Source: Octopus sinensis (Eukaryota). From it: a stretch of DNA of 64,000 nucleotides. Below the pieces are notes generated by a model. That model ran no database searches. It worked only from the letters and a program-made list of their open reading frames with translations, and had not been told where the DNA came from. How positions within the stretch are numbered: position 1 is the stretch's first letter; every line of letters begins with the position of its first letter. Shown here piece after piece: positions 45,020-59,099 of this stretch. The position numbers and the translations under genes were made by a program. The stretch is taken from the NCBI RefSeq assembly GCF_006345805.1, contig NC_043021.1, positions 12,338,001 through 12,402,000 on the forward strand, given 5' to 3'.

Positions 45020-45086
<67 letters not shown>

Positions 45087-45125
45087 CATACACACACACA
45101 CACATACATACACACATATATATAT

Positions 45126-45293
45126 AATTATAATTTAGGGTATCTAAGAGATACCTCCATGCTGGAAATAGCAGCCAAAACTTGACTCTAAAACCACATT
45201 AATGTTCGTACAGCATTTAATGTGGTTTTAGAGTCAAGTTTTGGCTGCTATTTCCAGCGTGGAGGTATCTCTTAGATACCCTAAATTATAATT
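45126..45293. repeat. 77-bp-arm palindrome, 14-nt spacer, one mismatch
   Basis: Arms 45126-45202 and 45217-45293; contains GAAATAGCAGCCAAA. Confidence 0.95.
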
Positions 45294-46595
45294 TTAATAA
45301 TAATTATTACCTTCGAAGGTTTTTATTCCCATGCTAGCCACTTGATAAGATCGATATTTAAATTAATGATCTTATCCTTATGTATATATAATCTTTTACT
45401 TGCTACTTGTTTCAGTCTTTAGACTGTGGCCATGATGGGGCACTGTCTTGAAGAATTTTTTGTCATGTGAATTAACCACAGAACTTTCTTTGTAAAGCCT
45501 AGTACTTATGCTGTTGGTCACTTTTGCCATGTGGTTGGAAAGCAAACTTCTTACTACAATCACCATTTAAAAAAAAATCTTGTTTCAAAATTGTGGAAGG
45601 ACACTACAAAGTCAGACTTATGTCTGTTCAACTTCAAAAGCTGCTATTTATAGAGGCAGAGAGAGAGAGAGAGCAAGAGAATGCCTACATAGTTAGTATT
45701 ATGGTGGGGCTAGAGTTTAACCCAAGGACACTCCACTGACTGAGCATAGCTACGATTAAAACATTCCATTTGTGACCATCTTGACTTTTTAGGAGCACCT
45801 AAGACAGCTGTTCCCAACCTGAACTCTATGGATCCTGGTGATCCACAAAAGAACATTGTCATCATCATCATCATCACCACCATCATTATCATCCATTTTC
45901 TATGCTTGCTTGAGTTGGTCAGTTTGACAAGAGCTCACAAGCTGGAAACCCACACCAGGTTCCAGGCTGATTTGACTTGGTTTCTACGGCTGGATGCCCT
46001 TCCTAATGTCAACCACTTTACAATGTGTGCTGGGTGCTTTTAATGTGCCACTGACATAAGTGCTTTTGCATGGCACCAGCACAGGACTCTTGCTGGCCAA
46101 TCCTCTTCACCAGGGGATGTGGTCTTAACACTTCTACTCTGGCGGACAGGTCTTGTTGAATATGTGGAGGATGGGTCCTCTATCTTTCAAAATCCTGTTC
46201 CTTGCACATGGAACTTTTGGTCCTCCATAATCGCTTTGGTGTATCAGTCAACCCTCCTGTTTTTGGCTGTAAATTTTGGGTTTAAAATTTCAACTTGTAT
46301 GCCAGTTAATACAGTACGTCTGTATGTCTTACTTAAGACAGTAAAATGGGATTTGAGGGTGATGTGGTTGCTTTTTCTAGCAGGTCAAACAATCACATTA
46401 AATGCTCCCTGGCTGACTCACTTAGCATTGTGGCTCAACCATATATGGCGTGTCAAACTAATACGTCGTCATTTTATATAGAGTATTCTAATTGCGTATT
46501 TTTAACTATTTCGTATTTTGGCAAGAGTGTCTCTATCAAATGTTATTTTTGGTCAGAGCGAACAGCATTTCACAGATTATTATTATTATTATTAT

Positions 46596-46636
<41 letters not shown>

Positions 46637-47699
46637 TCATCAACATTATTATTATTATTATTTTTTATTATTATTATTATTATTATTATAGTTGTAGTAA
46701 TTGTTTTGTTAGTCTTGGAATGCATAACAGGAACTAAGCTGAAAAGTAAGTTTGCAAGAAAGAAGGAAATATTTATTCCTCTGTCAATGTTGTCAGATGG
46801 CAAGAGTATTAATAGAAGAAGAAAAAAAATGTGAATTTGCATCATAAATTAGCTCAAGTGCATATTTAATAATTAGCCAACTGCTATAACGGTTAATTTA
46901 AGAAGCATAAACTCACCAGACATAATAAATAAAGGATAGTTTGTGGAGAGTACTTTATGTGTGTGTGTGTGTGTGAGGGAGAGAAAGAGAGAGAGATTTT
47001 TTTTTGTTTTTTTACCATGAAGGTGCATGGTAAAAATGTTTGCAACAGGAAGGGCATCTGATTGTAAAAGAGTAATGCATCGTCATCATTCTTTGAGGTT
47101 CATTTTCCATGCTGATATGGGTTGGATGTTTTGACCGCAGATGGAAAGCAGAAGAACTGCACCAGGTTCCAGTATGAGGGGAGGCTGGTATGCATGGGTA
47201 ACTGTTGGTCTTCTATAAACAACCTTGCCTGGACTTGTGCCTTGGAGGAGAACTTTCTGGGTGCAATCCCATGGTCATTCATGACTAAAGACAGTCTTCA
47301 TATTTTATCATCATCATCATCATCATTTAATGTCCCCTTTCCATGCTAGCATGGGTTGGATGATTTGACTGAGTTCTGGCGAACCAGATGGTTGCACCAG
47401 ACTCCAATCTGATCTGGCAGAGTTTCTACAGCTGGATGCCTTTCCTAACACCAGGCACGAGGGCTAATCTGGCGGTACTGGCAACGGCCATGCTCGAAAT
47501 GGTGTTTTTTACGTGCCACCTGCATAGGAGTCACTCCAGGGGCGCTGGCAATGACCTCGCTCGAATGTTTTATATATAATCAATGTGAATATGGATTCTG
47601 AATCCCACAGAATGCCTAGTCTTATGACTAAATTAGAAACATTATTGTTGACTTTTAGCCTATCAAAGTATTAAGTACAGAATGTGTAAGATGGTAATC

Positions 47700-48520
47700 T
47701 ATAAAATTAACAAGATGAGAGACTCAAGTGGTACCCAGTTTACCAGTCCAGAATAACAGATACTGTTGTAGTCATGGTGGTAGATGTAGAGGAGGACGTG
47801 ACGCTGTTTGATGTACTTCTGTGCTGGGGAGTGGAAGTTTTTCCTGTCAATCATACAATCTTCTGTAAATGTAAATGTGTTTGTAACTACTGCAGTGTTC
47901 TAGGTGTATTTTTTTATATATAAAGAGAACTCGGGCCATGTACATTACCAAAGTATTTTCTAGTACCAGAGAGGAGCCATAGCCTTTGAGGTGTTGTCTT
48001 GCTTATGTATATAGGCATGTGGTTAACATGAATGGACATACCTGTAATTAAGGGGGTACACTGGACAGTACTACCCCCTCACTATTCAATGGTGTACCCT
48101 CAGATTTAGAAAATACAGTTTACAAGTATCTTTCTGTAATACAAATTTGTGCCCGCACAGAATTTCCTGAAGCACCTCCAGGTACTAGAGTCTGGTGACA
48201 GGCCTGTGAAAGGATCTTAGAAATGGTAAATCCTACCTAGCATTTGTAGAGGATGGTAAGGTTTTAAGTGTGTGCAGTTTAGGTGCAGAGAGAGTATTAT
48301 GTTGTAGATGTGATTTCCTGACACAAGTAGTGATTGTGTTAAATGAGAAGCGGTTGTAATATCTTCATTGTAGGATGGTACTGAGACCTCTGTTCATAGA
48401 TATTTTGCATGCAAAGTATAAAATATCTAAGTTGCTGGAAGATGGCACCTGTGACAAGAATGTTAAACAAAACTATAGGATGATATGAGCTGCCAAGTTG
48501 AATAAGAAACTGCTTAACAT
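47700..48520 (-). pseudogene. Heavily decayed reverse-transcriptase remnant, probably Penelope-like
   Basis: Frameshifted minus-strand fragments resembling PLE RT motifs: PKLHTL (cf. PKLYGLPK), KQ..AM/GSSL..LVMYM (cf. YxQxxGxAMGSPLSPxLANxYM), FTFTED (cf. IxFTxE). Many stops. Confidence 0.35.
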
Positions 48521-48767
48521 TCTAGCATTCAGATTACTTTATCAAATATCATGTTTGTTTATTCACAGTGTTTTGAATTAATCCTGTATTATCTCATAAC
48601 TTCAAGATTTCAATGATGTGATAATATATTTTTGGAATGACATTGTAGGGTAGGTGTCAGAAGCCAATTCTAGCCAGTTTGAACATAAAACAGATTGAAT
48701 ATTTGGGTCGGGTATGGCTGGTTTAAATGCTAAAAGGTTAATCAACTGAGTTATAATTCCAGTGACA

Positions 48768-49100
48768 GCACATGGCTCAATGGTTACAGCATCGGGCTCA
48801 CAATCATGAGGTAGTGAGTTTGATTCCCAGACCAGACTGTGTGTTGTGCTCTTGAGCAAGACACTTTATTTCATGTTGCCCCAGTTCACTCAGCTGTAGA
48901 AATGAGCTGTGACATCACTGGTGCCAAGCTGTATCGGCCTTTGCCGTTTCCCTTGGATAACATCAGTGGCATGGAAAGGGGAGATTGGTATGCATGGGCG
49001 ACTGCTGGTCTTCCATAAACAACCTTGCCCGGACTTGTGCCTCAGAGGAGAACTTTCTAGGTGCAATCTCATGGTCATTCGTGACTGAAGGGGGCCTGTA
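48768..49100 (+). mobile_element. tRNA-derived SINE, family D
   Basis: TGGCTCAATGGTTA A-box, GAGTTTGATTCCC B-box; tail GGTCATTCGTGACTGAAGGGGG. Same family at 59124-59459, partial at ~47170-47295. Confidence 0.8.
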
Positions 49101-51295
49101 TCTTTTATGGTTCCATACACAAGTTGTTTTTCTTTTACCTTGTGTATGTTTGCTAAAAGAATGTAGTTATTCTTTTTTGCTTTTTACTGATTCATCATTG
49201 CCCTATCCTCTTTCGACCATCTTGTTTACACTGCCTTGAAATTACGCATGCAAAGGATACAAAAACATCTAAGTTGCTTGACGATGGCACCTGTGACCAG
49301 AACATTAAAGAAATGTATATAGTTTTATCAACTGTGAAGTTGAATAAGAAACTGCTTAATCAACTGAGCTATGATTCCACACACCAGTTATGTTCTTGAC
49401 CTTGTGTATGTTGATGCCAATATAGAGTGATATCAGCTGCAAAGCTGTAACTGTATGTGTGTTTGTAAACAGGATGTGTTGAAGCAATCTGATTGGAAAT
49501 TTCTCAGTTGAGTGATGGTGACTCATGAATGAAGAGGAATATTGCTACCATGCCAGAATACAGCGAAAAGCTTTTGCTGATATTAAAGTAGACAACCTTG
49601 ATTTTTATTTATATATTTGTTTGTTTGTTTGTTTGTTTATTGATTTGTTTGTTTATTTATTTATTTTATTTATTTATTTATTTATTTATTTTTGGGAAAG
49701 TTCTCAAGAGATTGTAAACAATGGCATTGCAGATTACAGAATGAAATATTCCGTCATTTAATAAATTCCGGACATGGAAAATGGTTATAAACTCCTTTTT
49801 TTTTTTTTTTTTTTTTTTTTTAAACCAAATGTTTCATAATGCTTCATATAAATAAATGGTGAACTCTAATGACCCAAGACAGCTGTTTGTTTGATGGTTT
49901 CTAGCAAAGCAGGAGATCTGACCATTGCTTCTGATCTTCAATGGCTTGGCCACATTCTCTCTGCGATTTTTTTTTTCCTTCTCATTTTTTTTTCTCTTTC
50001 TTCTCATACATTTTTTATTAGTTATCATTCAGTAGAGTCAATATTGATAGATATATCTCGATTTCAAATGGAAAGATTCCATCATTTGGCAGCTGTCATC
50101 ATAAATTGAGAGAATAGATGGTTGTATGTATTACATAAAAAAACACACTCAAAAAAGTGGGGGAAATAAACAAATGGGGAAAAAAAAATGACTGGAGATA
50201 TTTCCTGATAGAAAATATCTAGAAAGAAAAGAATAATGAAAGTGAAGAGCTGTGCTGAACATTTAACAAGTCTCTGTTAGATTGGAGAGAAATATCAGAA
50301 CGGTGAATTAAATATCTTATTTGCATTACAATTAAGATAGTAATAAGATCGGTCAGCTCTGGTCAAAGCAAACCTGGCTCAATGTGGTTGATGGAAATGC
50401 TAATGCGTACACACGTCCATAAAATTCATAGATCTACTTATATACACACACACACACATAAACACATACACACATACATGAATACACATATATACACACA
50501 TAAATACATACACACATACACAAACATATAAAAATACACATATATTCATACACACACATACATAAATACACATATAGGCATACATAGATACATACATACA
50601 CAAACATACAAAAATACACATATATACATTCACACACATACATATATACATAAACATATACATAAATACTCACACATACAAATACGTACATACATGCATA
50701 CATACATACTCACACATACATACATGCACACATACATATATACATAGATGCATACACACACACGCACACATATACACACACAAGCATGCGTGCACAGGCA
50801 TGACTGTGGTAGGTGCAGACCTGGTTGTGTGGTTAAGAAATTTGCTTCCCAACCACATGATTTCGGTTTCAGTCCCACTGGGTAGCCCCCCTGGGCAAGT
50901 GTCTTCTTCTGAGGCCCCTGTTCCACCAAGCCCTTGTGAGTAAATTTGGTTGACAGGTAACCAGAAACTGAAAGTAGCTCATTGTGTGCATGTGTGTGTG
51001 TGTGTGTGTGTATTTTTTTCTTTGAGTTTAATTTAAGTTCTTCCTGAGAGAACTCAAGCCAGTTGCTAACAAAGCAACAAGACTTCTGTGTTGAGAAAGC
51101 TTCCGGTGTTTGCAAATATGTGGTTGTGTTGGTGTGTGTTGGTTGAGCCGTTGCTGCACACACCCAAGTGTGTGCATCTTTTCATATAAGAATCTCAGAT
51201 GGAGAATTTTGAGATTGTCTTGCAAATCTTCACTGCACAACTAATAGATGCCATAAATCAACATACATACATACATACAATCATGCATGTGCGTG

Positions 51296-51326
<31 letters not shown>

Positions 51327-51747
51327 TTTTAGAAATTCTGTTAGCTTGCTTTCCTCGTTTTCAACACTGTGTGTATTTATAGTGAAGTATATTGTATGTG
51401 GTGATTGACGCTTTCAAGTTTATTTCTCAGCATATTGGCATAGAAACATTTTCTTTTGCCCTTATTTATAATTGAATATATATGTAGCGAGTGGCTTAGT
51501 GGTTAGGGTGTCAGCATCATGATCATAAGATTGTGGTTTCGATTCCTGGACCGGGTAAATGCGTTGTGTTCTTGAGCAAAACACTTCATTTCACGTTGCT
51601 CCAGTCCACTCAGCTGGCAAAAATGAGTAATGCTGCGATGGATTGGTGTCCCATCCAGCTGGGAAACACATACACCATAGAAACCGAGAAACCAGGCCTA
51701 TGAGCCTGGCTAGGCTTTAAAACGGCACACTTATTTATTATTATATA

Positions 51748-51787
<40 letters not shown>

Positions 51788-52022
51788 TTAATGAAATGGA
51801 TAAATGAATTATCTTGTTACGGATTATTCAAAATTTAACCGATACCTGTGTAGCAAAAATCACACCAGAAAAGACACGGTTGAGGTTACGACCATGGGGT
51901 GCAGAATGGTCTCCTTATTCAATCCGAATTTGGGAATTTGCAGCCTTTGAAACATGTGTAGAAAATAATAAAAAGGAATTTTGTAGAATCTTCGTTCGGC
52001 TCCATTTCTTCCCTTCACTATA

Positions 52023-52056
<34 letters not shown>

Positions 52057-54033
52057 ATTTGTGTGTAATCTCCTTGTCTTGATATCACACAGTTGTAAAT
52101 GAATGGAATTCTTTTTCTGCTATATGCTGCAAAAATATGTCTGGCTATAGAAAATCTGCTTCTGTAAACTCCATTTGACCCATGCAAGCATGGAGAAAGT
52201 GGTTGTTAAAATGATGATGAAGATTTTGTGTGTGTATGTATGTGTGTGTGTATACACAGACTGATGGAAGCAGATAACTACACAGCAAGATAAATAAAAC
52301 ATTACCGCAGACAAGACTCACTCGAAGAATACGACCGCACGTAGATTAAATGGCATAAAATTATTGTCATTCTCAGTTTGTAGCATGGACAGACAGTAGA
52401 CTGGTAACACAGTATGATAATGTCTAAATAAACTTTTGTATAATGAAACCTATTTATATGAAATATATAGAAAAAAAATATTGTTTCCACTTTGCTGTAA
52501 CTTTGTTAGATTTTATTTCCCTAAGGTAAACAATGGATGCCTAAATCTGTTTGTAGCTTTGAATACTCAATGAGATGTCTACATTTTTTTTTCTTTCCTA
52601 TTCTAGCTGTTTTGTCCAGTTATTTTTCATTTCTATTCAGTGTAATGCTAAGGAGGTAGGAATGATGGCTTCTGGTTTAGTAGGCACAGGGCCAGCAGTA
52701 TTTATGGGAGTGGAGCAATGTTAGTCGATATCATCACCTGCTGCTTCTCCCTGTACTTGACTAGTGCTTTCGTTATATCAACCCCCGTGGGATGAAAAGC
52801 AAAGTTGACTCTCGCTGGCACTGAAACCAGAATCTAAAGAGCCAGAAATACTGCAAAGCATTTAAGGTGGGGAACTGGCAGAAATGTTAGCACACCGGGC
52901 AAAATACTTAGGGGTATTTTGTCCGCCTTAACGTTCTGAATTCAAATTCCAGCTCACAGCCTTCTGCCATCTTATTAAAAATAATAGCAATAACGATGAT
53001 TACAGAGATGTACTTGCATAGCAAGTGACCTGATCTGAGATTGTGTGCTGGGACGAAAACAATTGCAGCATGGAAGGTGTTTGTAAGCCATTTAAGAAAC
53101 ACACAAAAACCGTTAAATTCACTTCAACATTTAAATTTAATTTGTCAAAATATCATCGTCGCTTTGAGACCGCGACCTGTTCACTGACAAAATTCCGTGC
53201 TGCATGATGATAATAATAACAACCCTCTCTACCCTAAGCACTGGGAGTAAGAGGGGAAGTCAATTACATTGACCCTAGTACTCAGCTGGTATTTATTTTA
53301 TCGATCCTGAAAGGATGAAAAGCAAAGTCAATCTCGGCAGAATCTGAATTCAGAACTCAAATGATGGACAACATACTTGCCAGCATTTCATCCAGCGTTC
53401 AACAGTTCTGCCAACTTATCCCCTAATACTAATAACGATATCAGAGAACTAAAAACAATACACCCACGATATTCTCAGTCTATATATAACCATAGTAATT
53501 ACTAGAGTATATTGTTTAGTGTCTCTTATCATGGCTATCAGCAACTATTGTTTGCTAATCATCTTTAATTAGTTTTGTTTTTGTTTGTTCTTTTACACTT
53601 AAACGCTGGTCTATAACTACACATGTTATGTATTCATGAAGCCCTTTATGTTATTTTAATATTTATATTTTTATATATATATTTTTTTGTCTTTTAGTAT
53701 TAGTGATAATTGTTTTTGTTTTTTTCCTTGTTTTTTCTGAGCAGAGTAAGAATTAAGAGTAAATAAAGTAAAAATTAGAATAATTAAGCAAACAATAGAG
53801 TAGGAATTAGAATCACTTTATCATTTTCTTATTCTCTTTCACTCTTTTATTCTTTCACTTGTTTCAGTCATTTGACTGTGGCCATGCTGGAGCACCGCCT
53901 TTAGTCGAGCAAATTGACCCCAGGACTTATTCTTTGTAAGCCTAGTACTTATTCTATCGGTCTCTTTTGCCAAACTGCTAGGTTACAGGGAGGTAAAAAC
54001 ACACCAGCATCAGTTGTCAAACATATACACACA

Positions 54034-54075
<42 letters not shown>

Positions 54076-54682
54076 TACGATGGGCTTCTTTCAGTTTCCG
54101 TCCATCAAATCCACTCACAAGGCTTTGGTCAGCTCGAGGCTATAATAGAAGACACTTGCCCAAGGTGCCATGCAGTGGGACTGAACCCCGGAACCATGTG
54201 GTTGGTAAGCAAGCTACTTACCACACAGCCACTCCTATGCCTATAATAATAATAATAATAGTAATAATGATAATAATAATAATAATAATAGTAATAATAG
54301 TAATGATAATAATAATAATAATAATAATAATGAAATTTCATACTGTATACAGGCACAGATATGACTGTGTGGCCGAGAAATTTGCTTCTAAACCATGTGG
54401 TTTTGAGTTCAGTCCCCCTGGAGGCACCTAGGGCAAGTGTTTCCTACTATAGTTCTAGGCATTTGTGAGTGGATTTTGTAGACAAAAACTGAAAGAAGCC
54501 CATCGCAGCTAAAGTACTGGGGTCAAATCATTCACGTAAATAATTCTGCAAGGTGGTGTTCCATCATGGCTGCAGTCTAATGACTGAAACAATTAAAAGA
54601 TTAAAGATATATGATGATGATCATCATCATCATTTAACAAGAGCTGGCCAGGTAGAAGACTACCCAAGGCTGTTGTGTCTGT

Positions 54683-54885
54683 TCTGGCAGGGATTTTATG
54701 GCTGGATGCCCTTCCTAACACCAACCACCCCACAGAGTGGACTGAATACTTTTTATGTGGCACCAGCACAGGCGAGGTCAGTTTTGGCAGGGTTTTTACT
54801 GCTGGATGCCCTTCCAAATGCCAACCACTTCACAGTGTGGACTGGATGCTTTTTACATGGCACCAGCACTGGCAGGGTCACCAAA
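54683..54885 (-). repeat. Two-unit tandem of the same ~100-bp RTE-UTR segment
   Basis: Units start at ~54683 and ~54782 with the same CAGG-CGAGGTCAGTTTTGG junction. Confidence 0.85.
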
Positions 54886-56189
54886 TAAATTGCAAGACAT
54901 GGGATTTTGAAAGGGGAGGAGGCATTGGAGGAGTTGATCTTGTGTCAGATAATGAAAGATTAGAATGTGACAGAGAGACAGAGAGGCAGAAACAGATGTC
55001 TTGCTATAGAGGAGGTACATGGTTACCCAGCCAAGAGAGAGAGAGAGAGAGAGGGAAAGATAGAGAGAAAGTTTTGTATTTGGTTTGCAAGATTCTTGAT
55101 GTGAACCCATGTGTTGAAACATATTTTGTTGCAACTTGGGAGGGTCATTATGCCAATAATAAATACACACACTGGTTCCATTTCACTTCTTTTATTATTC
55201 ATCAATCGGTTGACTATTTAATCAATTATGTAATCAGTTGTTGGATTCATCATTCAGTTAATCAAATCAAATCAATCGATCAATCAATCATATCATTGAT
55301 GAGGTTGCAAATGGCAATGAAAGGATTTTGATAAGTACAACTGATTGATTAACCAAATAATTAATGAAACGATTAGTTTATTAGTTACATAGGTAACCAG
55401 TTAATGAATAATAAGGAAGTAAAATAGAACCAGTGTTTGTATATGTTTATTACTGGCATAATGACCCTCCCAATATAAAAACAATAAGATATAATCTATA
55501 AATTAGCATTAAAAAAACTTGATGTGGGTGGTTTTAACACAATTTCCTAGTTTGATATCAATCTGTTAATCCGTCTTAATTAGCTTGCTTAGCTGAATTC
55601 ATTATACTTCCTATTCTTAGAATTTTTATGCTAATCCATCAATGGATCATATATGTGTCACGGACAAGTGGTTAAGGAGTTTACTTAGAAATTATGTGGC
55701 TCCGGATCCAGTTTCACCTGAACAAGTTGTCTTTGACATCAGCCTTGAGTCAGCCTAAGCCTATTCAGTGAAGATTGTTTGATAGAAAATGAGCAGAATC
55801 CTGTTAGAGGGGGTCATTCTTGTTCTTGGATGGCAATTGAACCCATTCCCTTGGTTTAGATTAATACTTGGCCTCTGGGTGTATTTATGGGAATAAATTC
55901 CCTTGCAAACAATGAGGTCAGGTCTCTGGGTCCAGAATAACTTCCTATCCTCTTGCGCCAGTCTTGGAGACCCATACAGAAATCATGTCCATTGCATGTC
56001 TTTCTATAACTAAGTGTTAAAGGGATTGTGTGTGTGTTTGTGTCTGTGTTTGTCCCTCCACCACTGCTTAACAAAAAATAAGTACTGGGGTATATCAATT
56101 CAACTAAAATTTCTTCACGGTAGTGCCCCAGTATGGTTGCAGTCTAATGACTGAAACAAATAAAAAGATATATATATATATATATATAT

Positions 56190-56330
56190 ATATCATCATC
56201 ATCATTGTTCGACCGTGGTCGAGACAATGGAATTTACCATGCTACGCCAGACTTCACGGTCCATCATGGCATTACGGAGGTCCTGTTGCTGGATGCCTGT
56301 ATCCCTGGAGATTACATCAGGGTAGGAGAG
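56190..56330 (-). mobile_element. 3' end of an RTE-clade LINE (second family) with (ATG)n tail
   Basis: Minus translation YPDVISRDTGIQQQDLRNAMMDREVWRSMV..., directly followed by ATG repeats; typical RTE C-terminus. Confidence 0.7.
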
Positions 56331-56594
56331 TGTGTGTGATGTATGTGTGTGTATTTGGAATGGCATCGAGTTGTAAAAACCTTGCCAAAACTGACCTTGC
56401 CTGTGCTTGTACCACTTAAAAAGCACTAAGTTCACTCTGTTGAGTGGTTGGTGTTAGGAAGGGCATCCAGCTGTGAAAATCCTACCAAAACAGTCACAGA
56501 AGTCTGGTGCAGGCTTCTGCCTGGCTGGCTCTTGTGAAACCATCTCACTGCATGGACGGCAGACGTTAAACGATGATGATGATGATTATGTATG

Positions 56595-56655
<61 letters not shown>

Positions 56656-56964
56656 GTACATATATATATATATTATATATATATATATATATACATATGT
56701 ACATATATATATATATATATGTATGTATGTATATGTTTGTGTGTCTGTGTTTGTCCTCCCACCATCACTTAACAATTAATGTTGGTGTGTTTACAGTCCC
56801 ATAATTTAGCGGTTTGGCAAAAGGGACCAATAAAATAAGTACTAGGTGTACAAAGAATTAGTCCTGGGGGTCAATTTTTTTGACTAAAGGCAGTGCTCCA
56901 GCATGGCCGCAGTCAAATGACTGAAACAAATAAAAGAATATATATATATATATATATATATATA

Positions 56965-57555
56965 CGACTGCTGTGTAAAGAAATGGCAATCTCTTACTGT
57001 AGCGGGAACCTGTGGAAGGGAACCCAAGAAGACAGGGAACAGGCTAGTGAAGCATGATCTTCAAACATTGGGCCTCACAGAGACAATGGTAAGTGACAGA
57101 GACCTTTGGCGATGTGCCATGCTTGAGAAAAGTCGTCAAGTGAAACTGTAGTCATGGCCGATGCCAGTGTCATACAATTGGCACCCCATGCCAGTGATTG
57201 ATTGATTGATTTGATTAACTGAATGATGAATCCGACAACTGATTACTCAATTGGTTAAATAGTCAACCAATTGATGAATAATAAAAGAAGTGAAATGGAA
57301 TCAGTGTGTGTATTTATTATTGGCATAATGACCCTCCCAAGTTGCAACAAAATATGTTTCAACACATGTAAAAAGCACCCATTACACTCTTGCAGTGGTT
57401 GGCATTAGGAAGGGCATCCAGCTGTAGAAACCATGCCAAATTAGATTGGGACCTAGTGCAGCCTCACCAGCTTACCAGTTTCAGTCAAACTGTTTAACCC
57501 ATGCCAGCATGGAAAACGGACGTTAAATGATGATGATGATGATGATGATGATGAT
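56965..57555 (+). mobile_element. RTE LINE 3' fragment (ORF end + family C UTR) interrupted by a ~175-bp inverted insertion (57195-57368)
   Basis: CVKKWQSLTVAGTCGR.. matches 58795-58850; UTR resumes at TAAAAAGCACCC. Confidence 0.75.
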
Positions 57556-59099
57556 TCAAACGGATGTACGTGTCTGTTTCAGAATTGTTCTCCCATGGAA
57601 GGAGCCATGATCTGAAATTACCTGTTGCAACTGAAACAGTCACATCAGAAAAGAACTATTTTAGTCATTTAAAACACACATAAAAAAAAAACTTGTTAAA
57701 TTCACTTTTAATTTATTTCTTGAGAGGTGTCAAAATTTCTCGCCAGACGACTGCAATCAGATTCATCACCAGAGATTTACTGCACGTAAAATCTGTCAGT
57801 GACCGGGTCATAGTAGTGCAGCAGAAATTTTGTCACCTCAACAAATAAATTAATAGGGAATCTAATAGTTTTTAAATGGCTAAAATGATTCTTTCACAAT
57901 GCAGCTGTTTTATATCATCTTCACCATTTTAACATTTGATTCTTTTCCTATGCTTTTGTGGCTCAAAGGAGTGTATGTTGGAACAGTTTTCAACGGAGGA
58001 TGCCTTGTCATCCATCAATCTCTTATTTCCAAGTGAGGATAATCGTTTTCCAGACTATCAAACATCCTGGACATGTACACACACACACACACTTCTCTGT
58101 GTATATATACACACACACATACACGCACATATATATATACACACACACACTTCTCTGTGTGCGTGTATGTATATATATATGTATATGTGTGTGTGTGTGT
58201 ATATATATATATAGAGTGTTAGGTGTGGTGTACAGAAATTGGATATTGAGAAAAAAGTCGTCAAAATTTTGAAAAAAAAATCATTTTATTCTTCATTATT
58301 ATTAGCATTTTCATTCATTTCTCGAACTTGTCAAATAGAATTTTATATATATATAGATATATACACACTCTCATGTATGTATATACATTGAAATCTGGCT
58401 AAACTTGGTATGTCTTCACTCACTTCATTGATGCTGGAATGAGAGGGTCAATCCATATTCCACATCTTGTTATATTTTTCTCTAAATCAAATTTCAAATT
58501 TACTTCTGTTGGCAACAAAGGGTTTCTCCCTCAGAGTGAAGGGCAGATTGTATGATGCCAGTGTGCAAACAGCCATGCTACACAGCAGTGAAACATGGGC
58601 TACGACTGCAGAGGACATGTAAAGACTTGAAAGAATGAATTTAGTTCGCCCCACTGGATGTGCAATGTCAGTGTGCATGTACGACAAAGTTTAAGTGCCT
58701 TTGGGAGAAAAACTGGGCATAAGAGGCATCAGGGGTGGTGTGCAAGAGAGATAGATGCAGTAGTATGGTTATATGATGCATATGGATGAGGACAGCTGTG
58801 TAAAGAAGTGCCAGTTTCTAACTGTGGAGGGAACCTGTGGAAGAGGTAGAGCTAGGAAGACATGGGATAAGGTGTTGAAGCATGGTCTTTGAATGTAGGG
58901 TTTCATGGAGGTGATGATAAGTGATATGACCTTTAGCAATATGCTGTGCTTGAGAAGACTCATCAAGCCAAGTGAAACCATTGTTGTGACCAGTGCTGGT
59001 GACATGTAACAGCATCCATACCAGTGATGTATTGGGTCAGGGAATAATTCATGAGACTTTTTTTTCAGATTTATTTTAAACTAAAAAAACTACAACAAA

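Noticed and set aside
51846-51944. 99-nt minus-strand segment with good acceptor and donor
   Set aside because: Stops in all three frames; the plus-strand EWSPYS similarity to Tc1 is too short to call.
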